A DNA stretch of 64,000 bases from Escherichia coli (GTDB lineage Bacteria; Pseudomonadota; Gammaproteobacteria; Enterobacterales; Enterobacteriaceae). The notes under the pieces were generated by a model that saw only the letters and a list, made by a program, of their open reading frames with translations, was not told the origin of the DNA and made no database searches. The stretch lies in assembly GCF_044324785.1 (NCBI RefSeq), contig NZ_CP172127.1; one strand, given 5' to 3'. This document shows positions 28,179-48,524 of this stretch, in pieces. The first letter of the stretch is position 1. Every line of letters starts with the position of its first letter. A program made the position numbers and the translations under genes.

Positions 28179-28637
28179 ATGGAAAATTATCTGATCGACA
28201 ATCTGGACCGTGGCATCCTGGAAGCATTAATGGGCAATGCGCGCACCGCTTACGCCGAACTGGCGAAACAATTTGGCGTCAGTCCGGGGACAATTCACGT
28301 TCGAGTAGAGAAAATGAAGCAGGCGGGGATCATTACCGGGGCGCGTATTGATGTCAGCCCGAAGCAGCTCGGTTATGACGTAGGCTGCTTTATCGGCATT
28401 ATATTAAAGAGCGCCAAAGACTATCCTTCCGCGCTGGCAAAGCTGGAAAGCCTCGATGAAGTCACTGAAGCCTATTACACAACTGGCCACTACAGCATCT
28501 TTATCAAAGTGATGTGCCGTTCGATCGATGCTCTCCAGCATGTACTTATCAACAAGATCCAAACAATTGATGAAATTCAGTCCACCGAGACACTGATCGT
28601 CCTGCAGAACCCGATCATGCGTACCATTAAGCCCTGA
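28179..28637 (+). CDS. asnC: Lrp/AsnC-family regulator AsnC (152 aa)
   Basis: ORF track 152 aa; divergent from asnA. Confidence 0.94.
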   Translation: MENYLIDNLDRGILEALMGNARTAYAELAKQFGVSPGTIHVRVEKMKQAGIITGARIDVSPKQLGYDVGCFIGIILKSAKDYPSALAKLESLDEVTEAYYTTGHYSIFIKVMCRSIDALQHVLINKIQTIDEIQSTETLIVLQNPIMRTIKP

Positions 28638-28726
28638 TCGGCTTTTTTAATCCCATACTTTTCCACAGGTAGATCCCAACGCGTTCACAGCGTACAATAC
28701 GCCACTCTTAATAAAGGTGGCGGTTT

Positions 28727-29170
28727 ATGGCAGATATCACTCTTATCAGCGGCAGCACCCTCGGCGGTGCCGAATATGTGGCAGAACACCTGGCTGAAAA
28801 GCTGGAAGAGGCGGGTTTTACCACCGAAACGCTGCACGGTCCGCTGTTGGAAGATTTATCTGCCTCGGGGATCTGGCTGGTTATCAGCTCAACCCACGGT
28901 GCCGGAGATATTCCGGATAACCTTTCTCCTTTCTATGAAGCATTGCAGGAACAGAAGCCCGATCTTTCTGCGGTCCGCTTTGGCGCTATCGGTATTGGCA
29001 GTCGTGAATATGACACCTTTTGTGGGGCTATCGATAAACTCGAGGCTGAACTCAAAAATTCCGGTGCAAAACAGACAGGCGAAACACTGAAGATCAACAT
29101 TCTTGATCACGACATTCCGGAAGATCCGGCAGAAGAATGGCTGGGATCGTGGATTAATTTACTCAAATAA
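28727..29170 (+). CDS. mioC: flavodoxin-like protein MioC (147 aa)
   Basis: ORF track 147 aa MADITLISGSTLGGAEYVAEHLAEK; reads toward oriC. Confidence 0.94.
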   Translation: MADITLISGSTLGGAEYVAEHLAEKLEEAGFTTETLHGPLLEDLSASGIWLVISSTHGAGDIPDNLSPFYEALQEQKPDLSAVRFGAIGIGSREYDTFCGAIDKLEAELKNSGAKQTGETLKINILDHDIPEDPAEEWLGSWINLLK

Positions 29171-29177
29171 GTATACA

Positions 29178-29460
29178 GATCGTGCGATCTACTGTGGATA
29201 ACTCTGTCAGGAAGCTTGGATCAACCGGTAGTTATCCAAAGAACAACCGTTGTTCAGTTTTTGAGTTGTGTATAACCCCTCATTCTGATCCCAGCTTATA
29301 CGGTCCAGGATCACCGATCATTCACAGTTAATGATCCTTTCCAGGTTGTTGATCTTAAAAGCCGGATCCTTGTTATCCACAGGGTAGTGCGATCCTAATA
29401 AGAGATCACAATAGAACAGATCTCTAAATAAATAGATCTTCTTTTTAATACCCAGGATCC
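29178..29460. other. oriC: chromosomal replication origin oriC (DnaA boxes, GATC cluster, AT-rich 13-mer unwinding element)
   Basis: DnaA boxes tgtggataa (29194-29202) and ttatccaca (29373-29381), further box-like sites ttatccaaa and tgtgtataa; many GATC sites; 13-mers gatctctaaataa / gatcttcttttta around 29419-29447; flanked by mioC and mnmG. Confidence 0.92.
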
Positions 29461-29548
29461 CAGGTCTTTCTCAAGCCGACAAAGTTGAGTAGAATCCACG
29501 GCCCGGGCTTCAATCCATTTTCATACCGCGTTATGCGAGGCAATCACC

Positions 29549-31438
29549 ATGTTTTATCCGGATCCTTTTGACGTCATCATCATTGGCGGGGGTCATGCAG
29601 GCACCGAGGCCGCGATGGCCGCGGCGCGTATGGGTCAACAGACTCTGCTTTTGACACACAATATCGACACTCTGGGGCAGATGAGCTGCAACCCGGCGAT
29701 CGGCGGTATTGGGAAGGGACATCTGGTAAAAGAAGTGGATGCACTCGGCGGTCTGATGGCGAAAGCTATCGATCAGGCGGGTATCCAGTTTAGGATACTA
29801 AACGCAAGCAAGGGACCAGCGGTTCGCGCTACCCGTGCTCAGGCGGATCGTGTGCTCTACCGTCAGGCGGTACGTACGGCGCTGGAGAACCAACCGAACC
29901 TGATGATCTTCCAGCAGGCGGTTGAAGATCTTATTGTCGAAAACGATCGCGTGGTCGGTGCTGTTACCCAAATGGGACTGAAGTTCCGTGCCAAAGCCGT
30001 CGTGCTCACCGTTGGGACGTTCCTCGACGGTAAAATTCATATCGGTCTGGATAACTACAGCGGTGGCCGTGCTGGTGATCCGCCGTCCATTCCGCTTTCT
30101 CGCCGTTTGCGTGAACTGCCGCTGCGCGTTGGTCGTCTGAAAACCGGGACTCCGCCGCGTATTGATGCGCGTACTATCGACTTCAGCGTGCTGGCGCAAC
30201 AGCATGGCGATAACCCAATGCCGGTATTCTCGTTTATGGGTAATGCGTCCCAGCATCCACAGCAGGTGCCGTGTTATATCACCCATACCAACGAGAAAAC
30301 CCATGATGTGATCCGCAGTAACCTCGATCGTAGCCCAATGTATGCAGGGGTGATCGAAGGTGTCGGCCCACGCTACTGCCCGTCGATCGAAGACAAAGTC
30401 ATGCGCTTCGCCGACAGAAATCAGCATCAGATCTTCCTTGAACCGGAAGGGCTGACCTCAAACGAAATTTATCCGAACGGTATCTCCACCAGCCTGCCGT
30501 TCGATGTGCAGATGCAAATCGTCCGCTCCATGCAGGGGATGGAAAACGCGAAGATCGTGCGTCCGGGTTATGCCATTGAGTATGACTTCTTCGATCCACG
30601 CGACCTGAAACCGACGCTGGAGAGCAAGTTTATCCAGGGGCTGTTCTTTGCTGGTCAGATTAACGGCACTACCGGTTACGAAGAAGCCGCTGCGCAAGGT
30701 TTGCTGGCCGGTCTTAACGCTGCCCGTCTGTCTGCTGACAAAGAAGGTTGGGCTCCGGCGCGTTCTCAGGCCTATCTCGGCGTACTGGTTGATGACCTGT
30801 GCACTTTAGGAACCAAAGAACCGTATCGTATGTTTACCTCGCGCGCAGAATATCGTCTGATGCTGCGCGAAGATAACGCGGATCTGCGTTTGACTGAAAT
30901 CGGTCGTGAACTGGGTCTGGTAGATGACGAACGCTGGGCGCGCTTTAACGAGAAGCTTGAGAACATCGAGCGTGAGCGTCAGCGTCTGAAATCGACCTGG
31001 GTAACCCCGTCGGCGGAAGCTGTAGCCGAAGTGAATGCTCACCTGACTGCGCCGCTTTCCCGTGAAGCCAGTGGTGAAGATCTGCTGCGTCGTCCGGAAA
31101 TGACTTATGAAAAATTAACCACGCTGACGCCGTTTGCCCCTGCGTTGACAGACGAACAGGCGGCGGAACAGGTTGAGATTCAGGTTAAATACGAAGGTTA
31201 TATCGCGCGCCAGCAAGATGAGATCGAAAAGCAGCTGCGTAACGAGAACACCCTGCTACCAGCGACGCTGGATTACCGCCAGGTATCCGGTCTTTCTAAC
31301 GAAGTGATCGCCAAACTTAACGATCACAAACCGGCCTCTATCGGTCAGGCTTCGCGTATTTCTGGCGTCACGCCTGCGGCCATCTCCATTCTGCTGGTGT
31401 GGCTGAAAAAACAGGGTATGCTGCGTCGTAGCGCATAA
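29549..31438 (+). CDS. mnmG: tRNA uridine 5-carboxymethylaminomethyl modification enzyme MnmG/GidA (629 aa)
   Basis: ORF track 629 aa; FAD-binding [10 protein letters not shown] motif. Confidence 0.95.
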   Translation: MFYPDPFDVIIIGGGHAGTEAAMAAARMGQQTLLLTHNIDTLGQMSCNPAIGGIGKGHLVKEVDALGGLMAKAIDQAGIQFRILNASKGPAVRATRAQADRVLYRQAVRTALENQPNLMIFQQAVEDLIVENDRVVGAVTQMGLKFRAKAVVLTVGTFLDGKIHIGLDNYSGGRAGDPPSIPLSRRLRELPLRVGRLKTGTPPRIDARTIDFSVLAQQHGDNPMPVFSFMGNASQHPQQVPCYITHTNEKTHDVIRSNLDRSPMYAGVIEGVGPRYCPSIEDKVMRFADRNQHQIFLEPEGLTSNEIYPNGISTSLPFDVQMQIVRSMQGMENAKIVRPGYAIEYDFFDPRDLKPTLESKFIQGLFFAGQINGTTGYEEAAAQGLLAGLNAARLSADKEGWAPARSQAYLGVLVDDLCTLGTKEPYRMFTSRAEYRLMLREDNADLRLTEIGRELGLVDDERWARFNEKLENIERERQRLKSTWVTPSAEAVAEVNAHLTAPLSREASGEDLLRRPEMTYEKLTTLTPFAPALTDEQAAEQVEIQVKYEGYIARQQDEIEKQLRNENTLLPATLDYRQVSGLSNEVIAKLNDHKPASIGQASRISGVTPAAISILLVWLKKQGMLRRSA

Positions 31439-31501
31439 CGCATTAAAAATGCCTGGTAAACACCCGCTTACCGGGCAACGCATCAAGAACAGGTAATCAC
31501 C

Positions 31502-32125
31502 GTGCTCAACAAACTCACCTCTCTGCTGAAAGACGCAGGAATTTCGCTTACCGATCACCAGAAAAACCAGCTAATTGCTTACGTGAATATGCTGCATAAA
31601 TGGAATAAAGCGTACAACCTGACTTCGGTCCGCGATCCTAATGAGATGCTGGTACGCCATATTCTCGATAGCATTGTGGTGGCACCGTATCTGCAAGGTG
31701 AACGGTTTATCGATGTCGGCACCGGACCAGGACTGCCTGGCATTCCACTTTCTATCGTGCGTCCTGAAGCCCACTTCACGTTGTTGGATAGCCTTGGTAA
31801 ACGCGTGCGTTTCCTTCGTCAGGTGCAACATGAGCTTAAACTGGAGAATATTGAGCCAGTACAGAGCAGGGTAGAAGAGTTTCCTTCTGAGCCGCCATTT
31901 GATGGCGTAATTAGCCGCGCTTTTGCCTCTCTGAACGATATGGTGAGCTGGTGCCACCATCTTCCTGGTGAGCAAGGTCGTTTCTACGCGCTGAAAGGCC
32001 AAATGCCGGAAGATGAAATCGCTTTGTTGCCCGAAGAATATCAGGTCGAATCAGTGGTTAAACTTCACGTTCCGGCCCTGGATGGCGAACGTCATCTGGT
32101 GGTGATTAAAGCAAATAAAATTTAA
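31502..32125 (+). CDS. rsmG: 16S rRNA m7G527 methyltransferase RsmG/GidB (207 aa)
   Basis: ORF track 207 aa; SAM-binding motif VGTGPGLPG. Confidence 0.94.
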   Translation: MLNKLTSLLKDAGISLTDHQKNQLIAYVNMLHKWNKAYNLTSVRDPNEMLVRHILDSIVVAPYLQGERFIDVGTGPGLPGIPLSIVRPEAHFTLLDSLGKRVRFLRQVQHELKLENIEPVQSRVEEFPSEPPFDGVISRAFASLNDMVSWCHHLPGEQGRFYALKGQMPEDEIALLPEEYQVESVVKLHVPALDGERHLVVIKANKI

Positions 32126-32212
32126 TTTTTATCAAAAAAATCATAAAAAATTGACCGGTTAGACTGTTAACAACAACCAGGTTTTCTACTGATATAACTG
32201 GTTACATTTAAC

Positions 32213-32257
32213 GCCACGTTCACTCTTTTGCATCAACAAAGTAACGTGGCTTTTTTT
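32213..32257 (+). terminator. putative intrinsic terminator after rsmG
   Basis: gccacgtt ... aacgtggc 8-bp stem followed by ttttttt; loop is long (22 nt), so moderate confidence. Confidence 0.5.
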
Positions 32258-32741
32258 GGTAAGCAGAAAATAAGTCATAAGTGAAAATATCAGTCTGCTA
32301 AAAATCGGCGCTAAGAATCATCATTGGCTGTTAAAACATTATTAAAAATGTCAATGGGTGGTTTTTGTTGTGTAAATGTCATTTATTAAAACAGTATCTG
32401 TTTTTAGCCTGAAATATCATAAACTTGCAAAGGCATCATTTGCCAAGTAAATAAATATGCTGTGCGCGAACATGCTCAATATGTGATCTGAAGCACGCTT
32501 TATCACCAGTGTTTACGCGTTATTTACAGTTTTTCATGATCGAACAGGGTTTGCAGAAAAGTCGCAATTGTATGCGCTGGAAAAATATTTAAACATTTAT
32601 TCACCTTTTGGCTACTTATTGTTTGAAATCACGGGGGCGCACCGTATAATTTGACCGCTTTTTGATGCTTGACTCTAAGCCTTAAAGAAAGTTTTATACG
32701 ACACGCGGCATACCTCGAAGGGAGCAGGAGTGAAAAACGTG

Positions 32742-33946
<1,205 letters not shown>

Positions 33947-33974
33947 TTTACCAACACTACTACGTTTTAACTGA

Positions 33975-34249
<275 letters not shown>

Positions 34250-34293
34250 TAAAGAGCAATATCAGAACGTTAACTAAATAGAGGCATTGTGCT

Positions 34294-34764
34294 GTGAATC
34301 TTAACGCAACAATCCTCGGCCAGGCCATCGCGTTTGTCCTGTTCGTTCTGTTCTGCATGAAGTACGTATGGCCGCCATTAATGGCAGCCATCGAAAAACG
34401 TCAAAAAGAAATTGCTGACGGCCTTGCTTCCGCAGAACGAGCACATAAGGACCTTGACCTTGCAAAGGCCAGCGCGACCGACCAGCTGAAAAAAGCGAAA
34501 GCGGAAGCCCAGGTAATCATCGAGCAAGCGAACAAACGCCGCTCGCAGATTCTGGACGAAGCGAAAGCTGAGGCAGAACAGGAACGTACTAAAATCGTGG
34601 CCCAGGCGCAGGCGGAAATTGAAGCCGAGCGTAAACGTGCCCGTGAAGAGCTGCGTAAGCAAGTTGCTATCCTGGCTGTTGCTGGCGCCGAGAAGATCAT
34701 CGAACGTTCCGTGGATGAAGCTGCTAACAGCGACATCGTGGATAAACTTGTCGCTGAACTGTAA
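34294..34764 (+). CDS. atpF: F0 ATP synthase subunit b
   Basis: ORF track 156 aa. Confidence 0.95.
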
Positions 34765-34778
34765 GGAGGGAGGGGCTG

Positions 34779-35312
34779 ATGTCTGAATTTATTACGGTAG
34801 CTCGCCCCTACGCCAAAGCAGCTTTTGACTTTGCCGTCGAACACCAAAGTGTAGAACGCTGGCAGGACATGCTGGCGTTTGCCGCCGAGGTAACCAAAAA
34901 CGAACAAATGGCAGAGCTTCTCTCTGGCGCGCTTGCGCCAGAAACGCTCGCCGAGTCGTTTATCGCAGTTTGTGGTGAGCAACTGGACGAAAACGGTCAG
35001 AACCTGATTCGGGTAATGGCTGAAAATGGTCGTCTTAACGCGCTCCCGGATGTTCTGGAGCAGTTTATTCACCTGCGTGCCGTGAGTGAGGCTACCGCTG
35101 AGGTAGACGTCATTTCCGCTGCCGCACTGAGTGAACAACAGCTCGCGAAAATTTCTGCTGCGATGGAAAAACGTCTGTCACGCAAAGTTAAGCTGAATTG
35201 CAAAATCGATAAGTCTGTAATGGCAGGCGTTATCATCCGAGCGGGTGATATGGTCATTGATGGCAGCGTACGCGGTCGTCTTGAGCGCCTTGCAGACGTC
35301 TTGCAGTCTTAA
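34779..35312 (+). CDS. atpH: F1 ATP synthase subunit delta
   Basis: ORF track 177 aa. Confidence 0.95.
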
Positions 35313-35324
35313 GGGGACTGGAGC

Positions 35325-36866
35325 ATGCAACTGAATTCCACCGAAATCAGCGAACTGATCAAGCAGCGCATTGCTCAGTTCAATGTTGTGAGTGAAGCTC
35401 ACAACGAAGGTACTATTGTTTCTGTAAGTGACGGTGTTATCCGCATCCACGGCCTGGCCGATTGTATGCAGGGTGAAATGATCTCCCTGCCGGGTAACCG
35501 TTACGCTATCGCACTGAACCTCGAGCGCGACTCTGTAGGTGCGGTTGTTATGGGTCCGTACGCTGACCTTGCCGAAGGCATGAAAGTTAAGTGTACTGGC
35601 CGTATCCTGGAAGTTCCGGTTGGCCGTGGCCTGCTGGGCCGTGTGGTTAACACTCTGGGTGCACCAATCGATGGTAAAGGTCCGCTGGATCACGACGGCT
35701 TCTCTGCTGTAGAAGCAATCGCTCCGGGCGTTATCGAACGTCAGTCCGTAGATCAGCCGGTACAGACCGGTTATAAAGCCGTTGACTCCATGATCCCAAT
35801 CGGTCGTGGTCAGCGTGAATTGATCATCGGTGACCGTCAGACCGGTAAAACCGCACTGGCTATCGATGCCATCATCAACCAGCGCGATTCCGGTATCAAA
35901 TGTATCTATGTCGCTATCGGCCAGAAAGCGTCCACCATTTCTAACGTGGTACGTAAACTGGAAGAGCACGGCGCACTGGCTAACACCATCGTTGTGGTAG
36001 CAACCGCGTCTGAATCCGCTGCACTGCAATACCTGGCACCGTACGCTGGTTGCGCAATGGGCGAATACTTCCGTGACCGCGGTGAAGATGCGCTGATCAT
36101 TTACGATGACCTGTCTAAACAGGCTGTTGCTTACCGTCAGATCTCCCTGCTGCTCCGTCGTCCGCCAGGACGTGAAGCATTCCCGGGCGACGTATTCTAC
36201 CTCCACTCTCGTCTTCTGGAGCGTGCTGCGCGTGTTAACGCCGAATACGTTGAAGCCTTCACCAAAGGTGAAGTGAAAGGGAAAACCGGTTCTCTGACCG
36301 CGCTGCCGATTATCGAAACTCAGGCGGGTGACGTTTCTGCGTTCGTTCCAACCAACGTAATCTCCATTACCGATGGTCAGATCTTCCTGGAAACCAACCT
36401 GTTCAACGCCGGTATTCGTCCTGCGGTTAACCCGGGTATTTCCGTATCCCGTGTTGGTGGTGCAGCACAGACCAAGATCATGAAAAAACTGTCCGGTGGT
36501 ATCCGTACCGCTCTGGCACAGTATCGTGAACTGGCAGCGTTCTCTCAGTTTGCATCCGACCTTGACGATGCAACACGTAAGCAGCTTGACCACGGTCAGA
36601 AAGTGACCGAACTGCTGAAACAGAAACAGTATGCGCCGATGTCCGTAGCGCAACAGTCTCTGGTTCTGTTCGCAGCAGAACGTGGTTACCTGGCGGATGT
36701 TGAACTGTCGAAAATCGGCAGCTTCGAAGCCGCTCTGCTGGCTTACGTCGACCGTGATCACGCTCCGTTGATGCAAGAGATCAACCAGACCGGTGGCTAC
36801 AACGACGAAATCGAAGGCAAGCTGAAAGGCATCCTCGATTCCTTCAAAGCAACCCAATCCTGGTAA
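35325..36866 (+). CDS. atpA: F1 ATP synthase subunit alpha
   Basis: ORF track 513 aa; Walker A GDRQTGKT. Confidence 0.96.
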
Positions 36867-36916
36867 CGTCTGGCGGCTTGCCTTAGGGCAGGCCGCAAGG
36901 CATTGAGGAGAAGCTC

Positions 36917-39189
<2,273 letters not shown>

Positions 39190-39209
39190 CGCCTTAATCG
39201 GAGGGTGAT

Positions 39210-39629
39210 ATGGCAATGACTTACCACCTGGACGTCGTCAGCGCAGAGCAACAAATGTTCTCTGGTCTGGTCGAGAAAATCCAGGTAACGGGTAGCGAAG
39301 GTGAACTGGGGATCTACCCTGGCCACGCACCGCTGCTCACCGCCATTAAGCCTGGTATGATTCGCATCGTGAAACAGCACGGTCACGAAGAGTTTATCTA
39401 TCTGTCTGGCGGCATTCTTGAAGTGCAGCCTGGCAACGTGACCGTTCTGGCCGACACCGCAATTCGTGGCCAGGATCTCGACGAAGCGCGAGCCATGGAA
39501 GCGAAACGTAAGGCTGAAGAGCACATTAGCAGCTCTCACGGCGACGTAGATTACGCTCAGGCGTCTGCGGAACTGGCCAAAGCGATCGCGCAGCTGCGCG
39601 TTATCGAGTTGACCAAAAAAGCGATGTAA
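39210..39629 (+). CDS. atpC: F1 ATP synthase subunit epsilon
   Basis: ORF track 139 aa [17 protein letters not shown]. Confidence 0.95.
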
Positions 39630-39649
39630 CACCGGCTTGAAAAGCACAA

Positions 39650-39680
39650 AAGCCAGTCTGGTAACAGGCTGGCTTTTTTT
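39650..39680 (+). terminator. atp operon intrinsic terminator
   Basis: agccagtctggtaacaggctggct hairpin followed by tttttttt. Confidence 0.75.
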
Positions 39681-39982
39681 TACGCGTATTGACCCGTCCT
39701 GAAAAGCGTTCACATAGATCCTGATGATATAAAATACTCCTGTTTTCCCGTTTATTCATTGATCGAAATAAGAGCAAAAACATCCACCTGACGCTTAAAT
39801 GAAGGTACTGCCTTAATTTTCTGCAGACAAAAGGCGTGACGATGGTCGAAAATGGCGCTTTCGTCAGCGGGGATAATCCGTTATTGAACAATTTATCCTC
39901 TGTCCATTTCACGATGAAAAAAATGTAGTTTTTTCAAGGTGAAGCGGTTTAAATTCGTTCTCAAATTACAGTCAGGACGCGT

Positions 39983-41353
39983 ATGTTGAATAATGCTATG
40001 AGCGTAGTGATCCTTGCCGCAGGCAAAGGCACGCGCATGTATTCCGATCTTCCGAAAGTGCTGCATACCCTTGCCGGGAAAGCGATGGTTCAGCATGTCA
40101 TTGATGCTGCGAATGAATTAGGCGCGGCGCACGTTCACCTGGTGTACGGTCACGGCGGCGATCTGCTTAAACAGGCGCTGAAAGATGACAACCTGAACTG
40201 GGTGCTTCAGGCAGAACAGCTGGGTACGGGTCATGCGATGCAGCAGGCCGCACCTTTCTTTGCCGATGATGAAGACATTTTAATGCTCTACGGCGACGTG
40301 CCGCTGATCTCTGTCGAAACACTCCAGCGCCTGCGTGATGCTAAACCGCAGGGTGGCATTGGTCTGCTGACGGTGAAACTGGATGATCCGACCGGTTATG
40401 GACGTATCACCCGTGAAAACGGCAAAGTTACCGGCATTGTTGAGCACAAAGATGCCACCGACGAGCAGCGTCAGATTCAGGAGATCAACACCGGCATTCT
40501 GATCGCCAACGGCGCTGATATGAAACGCTGGCTGGCGAAGCTGACCAACAATAATGCGCAGGGCGAATACTACATCACCGACATTATTGCGCTGGCGTAT
40601 CAGGAAGGGCGCGAAATCGTCGCCGTTCATCCGCAACGTTTAAGCGAAGTAGAAGGCGTGAATAACCGCCTGCAACTCTCCCGACTGGAGCGCGTTTACC
40701 AGTCCGAACAGGCTGAAAAACTGCTGTTAGCAGGCGTTATGCTGCGCGATCCGGCGCGTTTTGATCTGCGCGGTACGCTTACTCACGGGCGCGATGTTGA
40801 AATTGATACTAACGTTATCATCGAGGGCAACGTGACTCTCGGTCATCGCGTGAAAATCGGCACCGGTTGCGTGATTAAAAACAGCGTGATTGGCGATGAT
40901 TGCGAAATTAGCCCGTATACCGTTGTGGAAGACGCGAATCTGGCGGCGGCCTGTACCATTGGCCCGTTTGCCCGTCTGCGTCCTGGTGCTGAGTTGCTGG
41001 AAGGTGCACACGTCGGTAACTTCGTTGAGATGAAAAAAGCGCGTCTGGGTAAAGGCTCGAAAGCTGGTCATCTGACTTACCTGGGCGATGCGGAAATTGG
41101 CGATAACGTTAACATCGGCGCGGGAACCATTACCTGCAACTACGATGGTGCGAATAAATTTAAGACCATTATCGGTGACGATGTGTTTGTCGGTTCCGAC
41201 ACTCAGCTGGTGGCCCCGGTAACAGTAGGCAAAGGCGCGACCATTGCTGCGGGTACAACTGTGACGCGTAATGTCGGCGAAAACGCCCTGGCGATCAGCC
41301 GTGTGCCGCAGACTCAAAAAGAAGGCTGGCGTCGTCCGGTAAAGAAAAAGTAA
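39983..41353 (+). CDS. glmU: bifunctional GlcNAc-1-P uridyltransferase / GlcN-1-P acetyltransferase
   Basis: ORF track 456 aa; N-terminal LAAGKGTRM nucleotidyltransferase motif, C-terminal hexapeptide repeats. Confidence 0.95.
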   Translation: MLNNAMSVVILAAGKGTRMYSDLPKVLHTLAGKAMVQHVIDAANELGAAHVHLVYGHGGDLLKQALKDDNLNWVLQAEQLGTGHAMQQAAPFFADDEDILMLYGDVPLISVETLQRLRDAKPQGGIGLLTVKLDDPTGYGRITRENGKVTGIVEHKDATDEQRQIQEINTGILIANGADMKRWLAKLTNNNAQGEYYITDIIALAYQEGREIVAVHPQRLSEVEGVNNRLQLSRLERVYQSEQAEKLLLAGVMLRDPARFDLRGTLTHGRDVEIDTNVIIEGNVTLGHRVKIGTGCVIKNSVIGDDCEISPYTVVEDANLAAACTIGPFARLRPGAELLEGAHVGNFVEMKKARLGKGSKAGHLTYLGDAEIGDNVNIGAGTITCNYDGANKFKTIIGDDVFVGSDTQLVAPVTVGKGATIAAGTTVTRNVGENALAISRVPQTQKEGWRRPVKKK

Positions 41354-41513
41354 TTCTGGCCGGGTAATCCGGTCATATGGGATGAGGAGATAACATAATC
41401 TCCCGCCCACAAGCAGTAACTATAAAAATAACCCCACTCTCTACAAGGCTCGGGGAGCCCGAAAAACGGGCATACAGGTTGACCGACAACGATATAAATC
41501 GGAATCAAAAACT

Positions 41514-43343
41514 ATGTGTGGAATTGTTGGCGCGATCGCGCAACGTGATGTAGCAGAAATCCTTCTTGAAGGTTTACGTCGTCTGGAATACCGCGGATAT
41601 GATTCTGCCGGTCTGGCCGTTGTTGATGCAGAAGGTCATATGACCCGCCTGCGTCGCCTCGGTAAAGTACAGATGCTGGCTCAGGCAGCGGAAGAACATC
41701 CTCTGCATGGCGGCACCGGTATTGCTCACACTCGCTGGGCGACCCACGGTGAACCTTCAGAAGCTAACGCGCATCCGCATGTTTCTGAACACATTGTGGT
41801 GGTACATAACGGCATCATCGAAAACCATGAACCGCTGCGTGAAGAGTTAAAAGCGCGTGGCTATACCTTCGTTTCTGAAACCGACACCGAAGTGATTGCC
41901 CATCTGGTGAACTGGGAGCTGAAACAAGGCGGTACTCTGCGTGAAGCTGTTCTGCGTGCTATCCCGCAACTGCGTGGTGCGTACGGTACAGTGATTATGG
42001 ACTCCCGTCACCCGGATACCCTGCTGGCAGCACGTTCTGGTAGCCCGCTGGTGATTGGTCTGGGTATGGGCGAAAACTTTATCGCTTCTGACCAGCTGGC
42101 GCTGTTGCCGGTGACCCGTCGCTTTATCTTCCTTGAAGAGGGCGATATTGCGGAAATCACTCGCCGTTCGGTAAACATCTTCGATAAAACTGGCGCGGAA
42201 GTAAAACGTCAGGATATCGAATCCAATCTGCAATATGACGCGGGCGATAAAGGTATTTACCGCCACTATATGCAGAAAGAGATCTACGAACAGCCGAACG
42301 CGATCAAAAACACCCTTACCGGGCGCATCAGCCACGGTCAGGTAGATTTAAGCGAGCTGGGACCGAATGCCGACGAACTGCTGTCGAAGGTTGAGCATAT
42401 TCAGATCCTCGCCTGTGGTACTTCTTATAACTCCGGTATGGTTTCCCGCTACTGGTTTGAATCGCTGGCAGGTATTCCGTGCGACGTCGAAATCGCTTCT
42501 GAATTCCGCTATCGCAAATCGGCCGTGCGCCGTAACAGCCTGATGATCACCTTGTCACAGTCTGGCGAAACTGCAGATACCCTGGCTGGCCTGCGTCTGT
42601 CAAAAGAGCTGGGTTACCTTGGTTCACTGGCAATCTGTAACGTTCCGGGTTCTTCTCTGGTGCGCGAATCCGATCTGGCGCTGATGACCAACGCCGGTAC
42701 GGAAATCGGCGTGGCATCCACTAAAGCATTCACCACTCAGTTAACTGTGCTGTTGATGCTGGTGGCGAAGCTGTCTCGCCTGAAAGGTCTGGATGCCTCC
42801 ATTGAACATGACATTGTGCATGGTCTGCAGGCGCTGCCGAGCCGTATTGAGCAGATGCTGTCTCAGGACAAACGCATTGAAGCTCTGGCAGAAGATTTCT
42901 CTGACAAACATCACGCGCTGTTCCTGGGCCGTGGCGATCAGTACCCAATCGCGCTGGAAGGCGCATTGAAGCTGAAAGAGATCTCTTACATTCACGCTGA
43001 AGCCTACGCTGCTGGCGAACTGAAACACGGCCCGCTGGCGCTGATTGATGCCGATATGCCGGTTATCGTTGTTGCGCCGAACAACGAATTGCTGGAAAAA
43101 CTGAAATCCAACATTGAAGAAGTTCGCGCGCGTGGCGGTCAGTTGTATGTCTTCGCCGATCAGGATGCGGGTTTTGTGAGCAGTGACAACATGCACATCA
43201 TTGAGATGCCGCATGTGGAAGAGGTTATTGCACCGATCTTCTACACCGTTCCGCTGCAACTGCTGGCTTACCACGTTGCGCTGATCAAAGGCACCGACGT
43301 TGACCAGCCGCGTAACCTGGCGAAATCGGTTACGGTTGAGTAA
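41514..43343 (+). CDS. glmS: glutamine--fructose-6-phosphate aminotransferase
   Basis: ORF track 609 aa starting MCGIVGA (N-terminal nucleophile Cys). Confidence 0.95.
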   Translation: MCGIVGAIAQRDVAEILLEGLRRLEYRGYDSAGLAVVDAEGHMTRLRRLGKVQMLAQAAEEHPLHGGTGIAHTRWATHGEPSEANAHPHVSEHIVVVHNGIIENHEPLREELKARGYTFVSETDTEVIAHLVNWELKQGGTLREAVLRAIPQLRGAYGTVIMDSRHPDTLLAARSGSPLVIGLGMGENFIASDQLALLPVTRRFIFLEEGDIAEITRRSVNIFDKTGAEVKRQDIESNLQYDAGDKGIYRHYMQKEIYEQPNAIKNTLTGRISHGQVDLSELGPNADELLSKVEHIQILACGTSYNSGMVSRYWFESLAGIPCDVEIASEFRYRKSAVRRNSLMITLSQSGETADTLAGLRLSKELGYLGSLAICNVPGSSLVRESDLALMTNAGTEIGVASTKAFTTQLTVLLMLVAKLSRLKGLDASIEHDIVHGLQALPSRIEQMLSQDKRIEALAEDFSDKHHALFLGRGDQYPIALEGALKLKEISYIHAEAYAAGELKHGPLALIDADMPVIVVAPNNELLEKLKSNIEEVRARGGQLYVFADQDAGFVSSDNMHIIEMPHVEEVIAPIFYTVPLQLLAYHVALIKGTDVDQPRNLAKSVTVE

Positions 43344-43350
43344 TAAATGG

Positions 43351-43378
43351 ATGCCCTGCGTAAGCGGGGCATTTTTCT
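43351..43378 (+). terminator. intrinsic terminator after glmS
   Basis: gccctgcgtaagcggggc hairpin followed by attttt. Confidence 0.65.
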
Positions 43379-43550
43379 TCCTGTTATGTTTTTAATCAAA
43401 AATCCTGCCAACTCCATGTGACAAACCGTCATCTTCGGCTACTTTTTCTCTGTCACAGAATGAAAATTTTTCTGTCATCTCTTCGTTATTAATATTTGTA
43501 ATTAACTGAATATCAACGCTTATTTAAATCAGACTAAAGACTTCCTCTCT

Positions 43551-43592
43551 CTGTCATAAAACTGTCATAAACCTTACATATAACTGTCACCT
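43551..43592 (+). promoter_or_regulatory. PhoB-binding Pho boxes of the pstS promoter
   Basis: ctgtcataaaactgtcataaa and ttacatataactgtcac direct repeats matching CTGTCATA(A/T)A(T/A)CTGT(C/A)A(C/T); further box-like repeat ctgtcacagaatgaaaatttttctgtcat about 100 bp upstream. Confidence 0.85.
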
Positions 43593-43638
43593 GTTTGTCC
43601 TATTTTGCTTCTCGTAGCCAACAAACAATGCTTTATGA

Positions 43639-44697
<1,059 letters not shown>

Positions 44698-44707
44698 TAA
44701 AACTCAG

Positions 44708-44737
44708 GCCGGATAAGGCATTAACGGCTTATCCGGC
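44708..44737. repeat. perfect 10-bp-stem palindrome in pstS-pstC spacer (REP-like / intercistronic attenuator)
   Basis: gccggataag gcattaacgg cttatccggc. Confidence 0.6.
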
Positions 44738-44778
44738 ATTACAAAATGACTTTGTAAACGCGTTTAACTGAAGAGTAA

Positions 44779-46631
<1,853 letters not shown>

Positions 46632-46637
46632 CACTTT

Positions 46638-47495
<858 letters not shown>

Positions 47496-47509
47496 TTCAG
47501 GAGTGCGTT

Positions 47510-48235
47510 ATGGACAGTCTCAATCTTAATAAACATATTTCCGGCCAGTTCAATGCCGAACTGGAAAGCATCCGCACGCAGGTGATGACCATGGGCGGCA
47601 TGGTGGAGCAGCAGCTTTCTGATGCAATCACCGCGATGCATAACCAGGACAGCGATCTGGCGAAGCGCGTCATCGAAGGCGACAAGAACGTCAACATGAT
47701 GGAAGTGGCGATCGATGAAGCCTGCGTGCGCATTATTGCCAAACGCCAGCCGACGGCGAGCGACCTGCGTCTGGTGATGGTGATCAGCAAAACCATTGCC
47801 GAACTGGAGCGTATTGGCGATGTGGCGGACAAAATCTGTCGTACTGCGCTGGAGAAATTCTCCCAGCAGCATCAGCCATTGCTGGTGAGTCTGGAGTCGC
47901 TGGGCCGTCATACCATCCAGATGCTGCACGACGTGCTGGACGCGTTTGCGCGGATGGACATTGACGAAGCGGTACGTATTTATCGTGAAGATAAAAAAGT
48001 CGATCAGGAGTACGAAGGTATTGTTCGTCAACTGATGACCTACATGATGGAAGATTCGCGTACCATTCCGAGCGTACTTACCGCGCTGTTCTGTGCGCGT
48101 TCAATCGAACGTATCGGCGACCGCTGCCAGAATATTTGTGAGTTTATCTTCTACTACGTGAAAGGTCAGGATTTCCGTCACGTAGGCGGTGATGAGCTGG
48201 ATAAACTGCTGGCCGGAAAAGACCCGAAAGAGTAA
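47510..48235 (+). CDS. phoU: phosphate signalling protein PhoU (241 aa)
   Basis: ORF track 47492..48235; start [19 protein letters not shown] at 47510. Confidence 0.94.
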   Translation: MDSLNLNKHISGQFNAELESIRTQVMTMGGMVEQQLSDAITAMHNQDSDLAKRVIEGDKNVNMMEVAIDEACVRIIAKRQPTASDLRLVMVISKTIAELERIGDVADKICRTALEKFSQQHQPLLVSLESLGRHTIQMLHDVLDAFARMDIDEAVRIYREDKKVDQEYEGIVRQLMTYMMEDSRTIPSVLTALFCARSIERIGDRCQNICEFIFYYVKGQDFRHVGGDELDKLLAGKDPKE

Positions 48236-48280
48236 CGCTAACTGTAGGTCAGATAAGGCTTTTACGCCGCATCTGGCAAT

Positions 48281-48309
48281 CAGCCCGGTCATACATAGTT
48301 ACCGGGCTG
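48281..48309. other. 9-bp-stem hairpin at left island junction (no U-tract)
   Basis: cagcccggt catacatagtt accgggctg; sits after a REP-like fragment (agataaggc...gccgcatctg) downstream of phoU. Confidence 0.4.
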
Positions 48310-48524
48310 ATACACATTCTCCCTGAAATATTGCCACACAAACTCACCTCGAAACTCTCCCAGTACATTGCATATACATTATTTCATTTGAATTATTTTG
48401 CTTTTAATGTAGTACCCCGCTATAAAAACATTTTTGTTATTCCTTTCATTTATATCGCTGCCTGCACAGAGAATGGAAAAGAAAACAAAAACCAGGGTAA
48501 AAGCCCTATATCGAAACATAAAAA

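Noticed and set aside
29798-30427. 209-aa minus-strand ORF within mnmG
   Set aside because: Antisense to mnmG, which is intact and conserved.
35178-36857. Long antisense ORF (559 aa, minus strand) covering atpA
   Set aside because: Fully overlaps the highly conserved atpA reading frame; no independent start/RBS support; such long antisense ORFs are common opposite GC-biased codon usage.
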